This document shows positions 14,315 to 30,799 of a DNA stretch of 64,000 nt, piece by piece. Made by a program: the position numbers and the translations under genes. The stretch lies in assembly GCF_009914755.1 (NCBI RefSeq), contig NC_060929.1. The stretch is one strand, 5' to 3'. The notes beneath the pieces are model-generated. The model saw nothing but the letters and a program-made list of their open reading frames with translations, ran no database searches and was not told where the DNA came from. The stretch is from the human T2T-CHM13v2.0 reference genome, Homo sapiens. Each line of letters opens with the position of its first letter. The stretch's first letter is position 1.

Positions 14315-15564
14315 TATCAGGGTAACCCACCCCCAATATTTCAACATAGGTTCTTTCTATTTTCCTTAAATGTCGGCTGGTCTGAGAAATAAAGAGAAAG
14401 AGTACAAAGAGAGGAATTTTACATCTGGGCCGCCGGGGGCAACATCACATATCGGTAGGACCGTGATGCCCACCTGAGTCACAAAACCAGCAAGTTTTAT
14501 TAAGGATTTCAAAAGGGGAGGGGGTGTATGAACAGGGAGTAGGTCACAAAGATTACATGCTTCAAAGGGCAAAAAGAACAAAGATCACATGCTTCTGAGG
14601 AAACAGGGCAAGGACAAAATCGGGAACTCCTGATAAGTGTCTATGTTCAGCTGTGCACGTATTGTCTTGATAAACATCTTAACAGAAAACAGCGTTCGAC
14701 AATGAGAACACATGGACACAGGAAGGGGAACATCACACACCGGGGCCTGTTGTGGGGTGGGGGGAGGGGGGAGGGATAGCATTTGGAGATACACCTAATG
14801 TTAAATGATGAGTTACTGGGTGCAGCACACCAACATGGCACATGTATACATATGTAACTAACCTGCACATTGTGCACATGTACCCTAAAACTTAAAGTAT
14901 AATAAAAAAAAAAAAAAGAAAAAAGAAAACAGGGTTCAAGAGCATAGAACAGGTCTGACCTCAAATTTACCAGGGCTGGGGTTTTCCCAATCCTAGTAAG
15001 CCTGAGGGTACTGCAGGAGACCAGGGCATATCTCAGTCCTTATCTCAACCGCAGAGGACAGACACTCCCAGAGTGGCGGTTTATAGACCTCCCTCCAGAA
15101 ATGCAATTCTCTTCCTAGAGTATTAATATCAATATTCCTTGCTAGGAAAAGAATTTAGTGATATCTCTCCTACTTGCACCTCCGTTTATAGGCTCTCTGC
15201 AAGAAGAAAAATATGGCTCTTTTTGCCCAACCCGGGAAGCAGTCAGACCTTATGGTTGTCTTCTGTTGTTCCCTAAAATCACTGTTATTCTGTTTATTTC
15301 CAAGGTGCACTGGTTTCATATCATTCAAACACATGTTTTACAATCAATTTGTACAGTTAACGCAATCATCACAGAGTCCTGACGTGATGTACATCCTCAG
15401 CTTATGAAGATAAGAGGATTAAGAGATTAAAGTAAGACAGGTGTAAGAAATTATAAGAGTATTACTAAGGAAGTGATAAATGTCCATGAAATCTTCACAA
15501 TTTATGTTCCTGTGCTGCGACTCCAGCTGGTCCCTCCGTTCAGGGTCCCTGAATTCCCACAACA
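14315..15564 (-). mobile_element. MER11 solo LTR (HERV-K11/HML-8)
   Basis: The minus strand begins TGTTGTGGGAATTCAGGGACCCTGAACGGAGGGACC, the MER11 5' end; 6-bp TSD aaaaac/aaaaat. Confidence 0.88.
14699..14923 (+). mobile_element. Short young L1PA (about PA3-5) 3' end inside MER11
   Basis: L1PA 3' UTR with G-tract and poly-A; TSD agaaaacag(c/g)gttc(g/a)a at 14684-14699 and 14924-14939. Confidence 0.92.
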
Positions 15565-16299
15565 AAAAATCACAATGAGATACCACCTCACACAAGTCAG
15601 AAGGGCTATTATTAAAAAGTCAAAAAATAGCAGATGCTAGGAAGAGGTTATGGAGAAAAGGAAATGTTTATACACTGCTTGTGGGAATGTAAATTAATTC
15701 AGCCACTGTCGAAAGCGGTGTGGTGATTTCTCAAAGAAATTAAAACCGAACTATCAATTGACCCAGAAATCTCATAACTGGATATATATATATATCTAAA
15801 GGAATATAAATTGTTCTATCATAATGACACAGGTACTTGTATGTTGACTGCAGCACTATTCACAATAGCAAAGGCATGGAATCAATCATGATGGATTGAA
15901 TAAAGAAAACGTGGTACATATACATCATGGAACACTATGCATTCATAAAAAAAAATGAAATCATGTCCTTTGCAGCAACATGGATGCAGCTGGACGCCAT
16001 TATCCTATGTGAATTAATGCAGGAACAGAAAACCAAACCACATGTTCTCATATGTAAGTGAAAGTTAAGTACTGGGTACACATGGGCATAAAGACAGGAA
16101 CACAGACACTGGAGACTACTAGAGAGAGGAGAGAGGAAGTGGGGCAAGTGCTAAAAAACTACCTATCAGGTATTATGCTCACTACCTGGGTAACAGTATC
16201 ATTCATACCCTAAACCTCAGCATCACACAATATACCCATGCAACAAACCTGCACATATACCTCTTGATCTAAAATACAAGTTGAAATTGTTTTTTTAAG

Positions 16300-16945
16300 T
16301 TAAAAAATAACAGATGTTGGCAACGCTGCAGAGAAAAGGAGATGCTTATACACTGTTGTTAAGAATGTAAATTAGTTCAGCCTCTATAGAAATTAGTTTA
16401 GAGATTTCTCAAAGAAATGAAAATAGAACCACCATTCAGCTCAGCAATCCAATTACTGGCTATACACACAAAGGAAAATAAATCATTCTACCAAAAAGAT
16501 ACATGCACTTATATGTTCACTGCAGCCCTATTCATAATAGCAAAGACATGGAATCAACCTAGGTGCCCATCACTGGTAAATTGGATAAAAAAAATGTGGT
16601 ACATTTGCATTATGGAATACTACACAGCCATAGAAAGAATGAAATCATGTCCTTTGCAGCAACGTGATGCTGCTGGAGGCCATTATCCTAAGCAAATTAA
16701 TACAGAAAACGAAAATCAAATACTGCATGTTCTCCCTTATAATTGGGAGCTAAACAATGGGTACACACAGAAATAAAGATAGGACCCACAGACACAGAGG
16801 GGAGGAGGGCAAGGATTGAAAAACTACGTATTGGGTACTATGCTCACTACTTAGGTGACCCCAAATCTAAACGTCAGGCAATATACCCTTGTAACAAACC
16901 TGCACATGTACCCTCTGAATCTACGAAGTTAAAAATTTTTAATAC
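16300..16945 (+). mobile_element. L1 (PA16/PB-like) 3' fragment
   Basis: ORF 16417-16776 resembles the ORF2 C-terminus (MFTAALFIIAKTWNQPRCP). Confidence 0.85.
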
Positions 16946-17972
16946 TTAAGTTTAGGGGGTTTTGTGACTTTACTGGGGAAGAAGATGTGGGGATAAGGAG
17001 TGGAGAAAGGGACTGTTTAAGAAGGTTAAGCATTTGTGTTAAACAACTACTTTAATCATGTATTAACTTTTAGTTGGAAAATTTTAAATTGGTAAACAAG
17101 TATTATTAGTCATAATTTATATCTCTGGAGGAACTTTGGTAAGTTAATAAAGTTGAGGTAGCTCACTTACAGCATACAAATATTATAAAAATTACAAATT
17201 TAGACATTTTTTCACATTATGAAAAATGGAATACATTTCCATTTAATCTGAGAAATCTATAAAAAGTGCTTAGACTTTTGATCCAAATAAGAATTGTGTT
17301 TAATTTATAAAATATGTCATGCTTATCTAATCCTTTCCTAGGACTATTAAAGGATTGCTTTCTTTTATTCTATGCAACTGTAATCTTTTTTTAATAATGC
17401 AAAATCTGAAAACCTTATGTCAAAATATTGTCATTAATTTCTCTTAGGATACAGGAAAAATTCAACCAGAGCAAAACTTAGCATGTTATTGAAATCGACA
17501 TCAAGAATATAAATAAATAATGTTTTCCAAACATTATGCCTCAATTTAAAGTGACATTTTTAGAGCACTCATTTAGAAAAAAAAAATTCTAAAGAGAATA
17601 AACATGTAATTTTTTAAATTATATAGTCATATAAGAAAAGTGGATGTTAAAAAGACCTTTTCTACAACCATTATATTTGTCTAATCACATACACACAAAA
17701 GCAAACACACACAAAAACATCAAAATGGAGATTTATTCTCCCACAAAAATGGAGATATACCATAATCTTCAAGGTAGTCAACTCAAGAAATAGGTATAAA
17801 CTTGATACTATGGGAAACTAGTGTTTCATTATCAATTACATCATTCATATGTTTCTAAAATATTTCACATTCTATATAAAGTTATACTTTCTTAAAGATT
17901 TTACATTAATCATAGAAATATGGTTTTAATAACCATATAACTTATATTTTGTTCCTTTAAAATTAAAATGTT

Positions 17973-18357
<385 letters not shown>

Positions 18358-19189
18358 TAAAAGAAATTCCAAAAAAAGACAGTGTCTTGCAGAGGCAGTG
18401 TCTTGCAGGCAAGGGATATTTATCGCACAGCTTTTAAAATTAACTTTTACTTAAAACAAGTGATATGGGAATTTTTAAAATTTTATTTATTTTCTTTATT
18501 TAGCCCATTCCTGTTGATTGCAGGCAACTGTTTGATAATACTGCATATAAATGGATACCAAGTATATTATACCAATAAAGAAAACACTAACCTAAATTTC
18601 GACTTATTAAAATACTGATGAAAGATAAAGATGTTCATCTGAAAGTCTGCAATGGGAGTAAATATTGGGCCTAGTGATTGGCAAGAATATCTTTAGTATC
18701 AAGACTGACATGACAGCTTAATAGGATAGCATATAACTCAAGGTTACCACCCTTGTTAGAAATATATTGTAAACATTTTGCATTTGTTATTTTACTTTCT
18801 ATAATTATCTTTTCTAAACATAAAAAATGCATGTTAATTATTAAAGACTTACAAGATTTAGAAATGCATAATATAAAAAGTGAAGTGCCCTATAATATCA
18901 CCAGCCAGAGAAAACGACTATTTACTTCAAGGTATTTACTTTTACAACACCTTAATTTTCAAAATATGATTACAAAATTTTTAATATTTATAAAATAGAA
19001 TAGGTAATAGTTGAGTTAGGAAGTATAAGACTAAAACTGACATCCTTGAATCTTCTAATAACCATTTAAGAAACTGAATATATCCAAAATGACTGACACC
19101 GTCAGTATGCTCCTCCCAGTATACTCCAGAGAAAGAGAATCAAGATCCATCCAAGTTCACTTACGGATGTCCATAATAAAACAGTAAAA

Positions 19190-20770
<1,581 letters not shown>

Positions 20771-20929
20771 AAAGAAAAGGAAACAGTAACTAGCAGATAC
20801 ACAGTGCTGGGCATGTGCCTGTTCCCACTAGCCAGAGTGGAAAATCTGATGATTCACACAGTATTGAGTGAAGTACACAGAAGTCTTTCCTCTGTAGCAG
20901 AGAATAGGTAGCTCTAGAATTAACACTTG

Positions 20930-21223
20930 AAAAGTGGTTGTGCAACTGGACTTACTGCTTCCTCTTACATATCTGCCATCATCAAGCGACTACGCCTGGG
21001 ATAGTTTACAGATGTATGAAAAGCAAGCAGAACAGAATTGAATCTTATCAGTGGCCTAACCAGCCTGTGCTCGTTATAACAGTAAACCAACCAAGATTAG
21101 CAGAACTGCCTAGAAGACACCCAACTGACCCCCATGTGGGAGCAATAAGCTTATTGTTATAATGCTACTAAGATTTTGTGGTTATTTGTCACACAACAGT
21201 ATTGTGGCAATGTGTAACTGATA
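20930..21223 (+). mobile_element. MLT1-family LTR fragment
   Basis: Ends aagattttgtggttatttgtcacacaacagtattgtggcaatgtgtaactgatac, an MLT1 3' end. Confidence 0.65.
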
Positions 21224-21569
21224 CTTTCACATGGCAAAAAAAAAAAAGATTTCTTGCCTTAGAATGACTGCAGAGCTTTGCAATACTTCAAAATGAGATT
21301 TTCTGTCATTTAAAATAAGGGGGTTGATTTAGAGAAAAGGTACTCAATGGAATTTAAGGGTTTCAGAAAAGAATATCTATATTCAGATAAGCTATATAAT
21401 TTCAATAAAAGCTTTCCCCACCCAAGTTTCTAATGTTGACACAGACCAGTACTTTAATAACACAAGAACTGTTTGAGCTGGTGAGAAGTCTCTCAGGAGA
21501 AAAGTGTGATTGTCTTTTCGGTGTCTGTTTTAGAATAGCATGTGAGTTAGAGGTTCTTCACCAACTCTT

Positions 21570-24005
<2,436 letters not shown>

Positions 24006-24689
24006 CACATCCATTTTGGGGTAAGCTAAGTGCAAACTGCCTCCATTTCTCAATAGTTAAGTCAGGATGAGAATTCATTTGTATGCATGACTTCATTGCT
24101 TTACACTAGAATTGGGCTTTAAAGGACAATTTTCTCTAATTACTAATTAATGTTTGAAAATGCCTTCACATAGAAGGGTTCTAAAAATGAAATGATGGTT
24201 GTTGCTAAATGTCTCCCAATGGTTACCTGGATTAGAGTTAAATCATTTAAGCAGACATTGTGCAATGCAGTTTTTATTGGTGGGTTCACCTGGAAGTTAC
24301 TTAGCCTAAAGTTTGATGTTCTAATGATACCATGAGATTGAAGTTTATGATTAGAGTAAGCATTTGGTGAAGCCCACTTAAAAGATGTCCAAACTAAAAT
24401 AGTTTCATTCTTGGGGCTTCATCTACCCATTTCAACAGTGCTGAAAGCAGGTACAGAAATTTAAAAATTTTCCCTGAGGCAAATGTTGGCCCTGCTCAAA
24501 GGTATTAAAGTATTATCTTTATTTGTCCTACTTACAGAGGTAGCATAGCCTTCTACTGCAATAGCTGCCCTATAAGATCCTCAATCTCACCCTCAGTTTG
24601 GCTGATAACCCAAATACATAGGTTTTAACGAAACTGATTTTTTTTTAAAAAAGAATACTTTCAAACTCACTATTTCTCAGTATTTTTTT

Positions 24690-25430
24690 CTTTCAATAAA
24701 CATTTATTGAGTACCAACTATGTGCCTGGTACCTAGAAAAGAGACTGGGATAAGGCAGAGACAGCAGGGGAGAAGTTCCCTGTGTCATGGGTCAGTATAG
24801 CGAAAAGAGCAGAAAATGAACATAAACGCAAATAAATAATAGTACTTAGTGGTAGGTCCCAAAAAGAAAATAAAATGGACTGATAGAGAGTAACTGGAGA
24901 GGCTCAATTAGAACGACTCTGCTGAGGGAGGTAACATTTGAGCTGAGAGCTGAAGAGCCAAAATCACAGGGATATGGAGAAGCAAGTTCCAGGCAGAGCG
25001 AGTAACAACAGTAAAGGGGCTAAGCCAGGGATCCCCAGCCCCCAGGCCATGGACCGGTACCGTTCTGTGGTCTCGCAGGATGTGAGTGGCAGCAGGTGGG
25101 TGAGCAGGCATTACTGCCTGAGCTGTGCCTTCTGTCAGATCCACCACAGCACTAGATTCTCGTAGAAGCGCCAACCCTATCATGAATTGCACATGACAGG
25201 GATCTAGGTTGCACATTCCTTATGAGGATCTAACTAATGCCTGATGATCTGATGATCTGAAGTGGAATAGTTTCATCCCAAAACCATCGCTCCATTCGTG
25301 GAAAAACTGTCTTCCAGGAAACCAGTCCCTGGGTGCCAAAAAGGTTGGGGACTACTGGGCTAAGCAATAGTGGCATGTGCAAAGAACAGCTAGAAAGCTG
25401 GAGTGTCTGCAGCATAGTGAGTAAAGGAGG
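24690..25430 (-). mobile_element. L2 3' fragment interrupted by MER1B
   Basis: ttcaataaacatttattgagtaccaactatgtgcc is the reverse L2 3' terminus. Confidence 0.75.
25026..25357. mobile_element. MER1B (hAT-Charlie MITE)
   Basis: TIRs cagggatcccc...ggggactactg; perfect 8-bp TSD ggctaagc at 25018-25025 and 25358-25365. Confidence 0.9.
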
Positions 25431-25699
25431 GCATCCTTTTACATCCAGGGAGTTTTAGATACCTATTCCTAGGGTAAAGCAAAAAGAATGTTAGAAATAG
25501 GGCCGATGTAAATGAGAAGGTATCAAGGCAGCTTTGGTTACTTTATTGTCTTTGTTTATACACAGGTCTTTAGTGTGATTTAAAACTAAAAAAAAAGTGA
25601 AGATCTTGAATTTGCATCTCAAAACAGGGAAGCCACTTAAAATATTATTTACTTTGAAGAAACACAAAATACTATACATATATACCAATTTATACCATA

Positions 25700-26200
25700 G
25701 TACTTCTTAGCTGGTAAAACAGTCTTGGTTTTCTACCTATCATTTACCCAACCTTCCTTGCCACCAGAACCCCCAATTTGTTCAGATGTTCAATTAACAA
25801 AGTACTCAGAGAAGGTGGGGCTAGCCTCAGGGAATGAACTGTAAGTACAAGCAAACTATGACTATCCCATTATTCTTTCCCAGTGATTAGTTTAGGGGTC
25901 ACCATATGAGCCAATTTTGGTTAATGAGACATAACAGGAAGTCTGATGTGGCAGTTTTGGAAAAGTTTTATCTGATAAAAGGAGAGAGAGATGTTGAAAA
26001 GGCTATATCCCTTTTTCTTCTTGCTTTGGACATTCTCATGTGAAAAGCTGATCCAGAGACCTGATCTTGCTGAACTGCTGACTTAGCCAAACCTGAACTA
26101 CCTACCTCTGGACTTTTTAATGAGAAAGCCCATATTTTTTCAAGCCACGTTTAGTAACATATTCTGTTATATATAGGCAATGGCAACCTCAATAACACAA
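25700..26200 (+). mobile_element. MLT1-family LTR
   Basis: ccatatgagccaattttggttaatgagacataacaggaagtctg and cctacctctggacttt. Confidence 0.7.
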
Positions 26201-27139
26201 GTGGACACTGCGTTACGTTTTTCAGTTCATAGCTTTTACTTTAGGTTATTTAACTTTATACTTTGTATTCCCCTAAATGTTCCAAATTATAAAAACAAAT
26301 AGTTGTCCCCAGAAAAGGCAGAAGTTCCACAGACTCCACAAGGGAATGCATACTGTAAATCAAGTATGCATATATTATATGCTGCCTATATTCTTCTGAA
26401 TCCTTTCCACTGTGCATTCTATCTTAAATTAATTACATGTCATCATGCACCAAACCAAGTAGGCACTAAACCATAGAAGAAAACATCTTATTCAAGAAGT
26501 CCTTTCCTATAAGAAGGAATACACATTTCAAAGCACTTCCATTCTTTTGAGTCAACTGCATATCTACTGCATAAAGAAGTCCTTAAAAGCAGATACAGTT
26601 ACTATAATTTCTGTGGGTGAGTAATGTGTGTGTCACTTCATACAGAAAAGAGACCTATGACTTTTAAGTTAATAAAAAAATTTCCAGTTCAAAAAGGTTT
26701 TGAGTCATTGTATTATAGCATTTTTGGACATAGAAGACATGCAGCTTGAGATGAAAAGGTAATTTTGGACATTCTCATGGAAGGAGCAGATCCAGAGCCC
26801 TAATATTGTACATTTACAAAGTACCTAATAGGCCTTTAATAAATACTATTATCTCATTTAATTAGTTTCCAAGTATATATAATAGTTCCTGTGTCCAAAT
26901 TAGAAGACTAAGGCTCAAAAACAGAGTACACAACACGCCCAAAGCCACTGGCTAATAAAAGGGTTGAACCCATGTCTGTCCAGCCAAGGATCTTACCCTT
27001 ACACAATATCAGGCATTAATACCAAAGATGGCATTAAAAAGTCCTCCATAATCTGGGCCCTATCTTACTCTCCGGCCTCTTTTCTTGCCATTTCCTTAGT
27101 TGCACCTTATTTTGCAGAACCCTGATGTTCTGCAAAACC

Positions 27140-27608
27140 CACATGTATGTTTATTGCGGCACTATTCACAATAGCAAAGACTTGGAACCAACCCAAATGT
27201 CCAACAATGATAGACTGGATTAAGAAAATGTGGCACATATACACCATGGAATACTATGCAGCCATAAAAAATGATGAGTTCATGTCCTTTGTAGGGACAT
27301 GGATGAAACTGGAAATTATCATTCTCAGTAAACTATTGCAAGGACAAAAAACCAAACACTGCATGTTCTCACTCACAGATGAGAACTGAACAATGAGAAC
27401 ACATGGACACAGGAAGGGGAACATCACACTCTGGGGACTGTTGTGGGGTGGGGGGAAGGAGGGAGGGTTAGCATTAGGAGATATACCTAATGCTAAATGA
27501 CGAGTTAATGGGTGCAGCACACCAGCATGGCACATGTATACATATGTAACTAACCTGTACATTGTGCACATGTACCCTAAAACTTAGAGTATTAAAAAAA
27601 AAAAAAAA
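27140..27608 (+). mobile_element. Young L1PA (about PA2-4) 3' fragment
   Basis: ORF 27147-27389 is close to the L1 ORF2 C-terminus; actctggggactgttg in the 3' UTR; poly-A. Confidence 0.93.
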
Positions 27609-27684
27609 GACAGAAGGCAGTTTTAAGCCCAGAAAAGTTGGGCTCCTAACCTCCCATGGAGATTGGGAGATAGGGGCCCTATCT

Positions 27685-27760
27685 TTCTTTTTTTATTTTA
27701 TTTTATTTTTTTTTTATTTTATTATATTATTATTATACCTTAAGTGTTAGGGTACATGTG
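27685..27760 (-). mobile_element. Extremely short L1PA 3' end with A-rich tail
   Basis: The reverse complement cacatgtaccctaacacttaaggtataataa is an L1 terminus, followed by an A-rich tail. Confidence 0.75.
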
Positions 27761-29050
27761 TGTGTACTTAAAATACTAGTGGCAAAACAGAAACGGATGC
27801 TATTAAAAATATCAAAGTAGATAAAGCCATATGTTTTTCACCTATTCCTAATTCTAAAATTCTAGCAGACTTATTATGTGTAAAAACTGCACAGTGCTAT
27901 GTTACCATGTATCATAATGCTCACTTACAGAACTTTTCTTTTTAATTGCTAGGCTGCCAAAGCCATATTGCGTATTTTCTCATAAACACAGAATAGCAGC
28001 CCTCCCTCCTCTTAAATGCAAATAAAATCCTTTTTGCCTACAGAAAGTGTTAATGAAAGCAAATACTGTCTGAAAAATTTAAACACACACACACAAACAC
28101 ACACACAGAGCATATAATGTACATGGCTTTCCAATCTCATGACTAATTATTTACTTCATAACCTTACGTATGATACACCCACAAGTGAGTACTTACAATT
28201 TCTGAAATACATCTGAATTTGAATTTGAGAAAAAGCATTCCTTCACAACCGGTAACCTTCAATCTAGGCTGATTCTAGCTTCACTAATGATAATCACTTT
28301 AAAATAAGATACAAAAGCAATGTAAAACATGTTAAATGACATTACAACTGTCTTATACTTTATGCAAATACAGCATAAAGGAATAAAGCACTTGCTGACT
28401 CAAGAAACACTGCTTTGGACTCATGAGTATAAATAAGTACTTCTATCTTTACTTTCCCTTCAGTTCGTTCCTAAATATACTATATACCAAAAATATGGTC
28501 TATGTAAAAAAAAAATAAATAAAAAGAATCATACATATAAATACATACATATTTGAAAAGTGAGCGAAAATAAAGCTTAAAATTTGAAACTTTACATTTT
28601 GGCATGGCCATGTTTTCTCAAACTTCCTTTGAAGTTAATGTTTAAAAACTGTCTAAATACACACAAATGAAAATTTTAAGAAAGACAAGAGTAGATGAAT
28701 AGCGACTATATCTCAAGGAAAAATTATGCTCCCTATTTTGCCTTACTTTAGCCTCATTTTTTAAAGCTAGCAAACTGATGAGAGCAAAAGTGTCCTCATT
28801 TTATCTCATTGATTCACAATAAACACTCCAAAAATGGAAATAATGAATTTTCATTTTTTTCATAAAGAATATAACCTATCTCCTTAGGTTTCAATAAACC
28901 TAAAAAATATGAACCACTTTTGATTTGCAACACATACTTAAGCAACGACCTTACCTCTCTTGTAGACCTTAATATCATCAAAGCTTGCTCCAGAGCAGCT
29001 GACAACCAGTAAAAGTGTATGAAATATACCAAAGGTCTAAAAGAGGTACG

Positions 29051-29098
29051 TGTGTCTGCGTGTGTGTGTGTGTGTGTGTGTGTCTGTGTGTGTGTCTG
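29051..29098. repeat. (TG)n microsatellite, imperfect
   Basis: Directly visible. Confidence 0.95.
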
Positions 29099-29700
29099 TT
29101 AGTGATTTCTGGGAAGGAGAGTAACTGATGACCCTTAGAACCAAAATGCCTTAACTTATTCCATTTTAGAACAACCAGGCATGAAAGTTATGAATCTAAA
29201 AACTGCTAAATTGTAGCCTGCCTTTAAAAAAGTCTCTCCCACTTAAAATTAATTAGTTGTTTAACGCCAGAGAAGTCACTTAAAGTTCTTGAATTAGTTT
29301 CCTCACAGAGAAATTTGTGAAAGTACCAAAGACCTTACAGTTTAAAAATTTTATGATTCTTTAAAAAAAATCATCAAAAGCATCCAAACTTTCAAATCAT
29401 TTCTACAGACAGCATACTAGTGATTACAGAATCAGACACATACTATTTCCCACAAGAAAGCCATGGGTCAATTACACTCATAATAACACTGATGCAAAAA
29501 TTCTGCAGTCTTCATAAGCAAATTGAATCCAGCAGTGTGACAAAAATGGAGTTCAAAAGATGGGAAAACATAAATGAACATTAATACTCTACAAGGAAAC
29601 ACAAAAGACTTGAAATAAATTGAAAGGTAAAATATGTAAGGAAAGGAAGAATTTTATGTTTTAAAAATATAAATTCTTCTTCAATTAAACTACAAATTCA

Positions 29701-30009
<309 letters not shown>

Positions 30010-30799
30010 CTACAAATTCAATATGATTTCAAAGAAACACCAACAAATACATTATAGTTGTTGTTGTTATAATTAGAGTTGAAAAGACATTTTTAGGCTG
30101 AAAAAAACAGGAAAATTCTGACAAATGTAGTAATGACTAATTTACTAAATATTCTACTAATCTACAAAAATACATTAAAAACTTACAGTTAAAGAAAACT
30201 AAATTTATATTGGCCTGAAACAGACAAGCATATTACAAAATAGAATAATGGAATGAGGTAATGATTTATAAACTTTACAGGCAGAATATATAATATCTTA
30301 GTTTAAAATTGAACAGCATACATAATCTAATTTACCTCAAAATAACTGATCAAAAGGAAAAAATTAATTCTATGGATCCAAGATAGAATTACTTACTCCA
30401 AAAGACTCTAAAGAATTCCACAGGAGAAAAAAAAAACTCCTTACAACTATACTCCAGCTAAACATCTGTTCTCTAATTAATAATTTACATTATCTATCCT
30501 ACACCTTTTTAGCAAGACAATTTTTCAAGACAGCAGAATGATTAAAAACTCTCTTGAGCCAGACTGTCTTTGAAACCAGGACTGTCACTTTCTAACAGCA
30601 TGTCCTTGAGCAAGTTACCTAACCTCTCTGGTCTTCCATTTTCTTAACTAAATATTATGGAAGCATCTCAAAAAAATACATATGGTTAAATCAGGTTGTC
30701 GGACTGAGCCCAAGAATGTATTCCCTCCTACCTAAAATGTCTTAATTGATAGAAAAGAAAAATACACATGAACATGCAGTCATCTATAACAACACTTAA

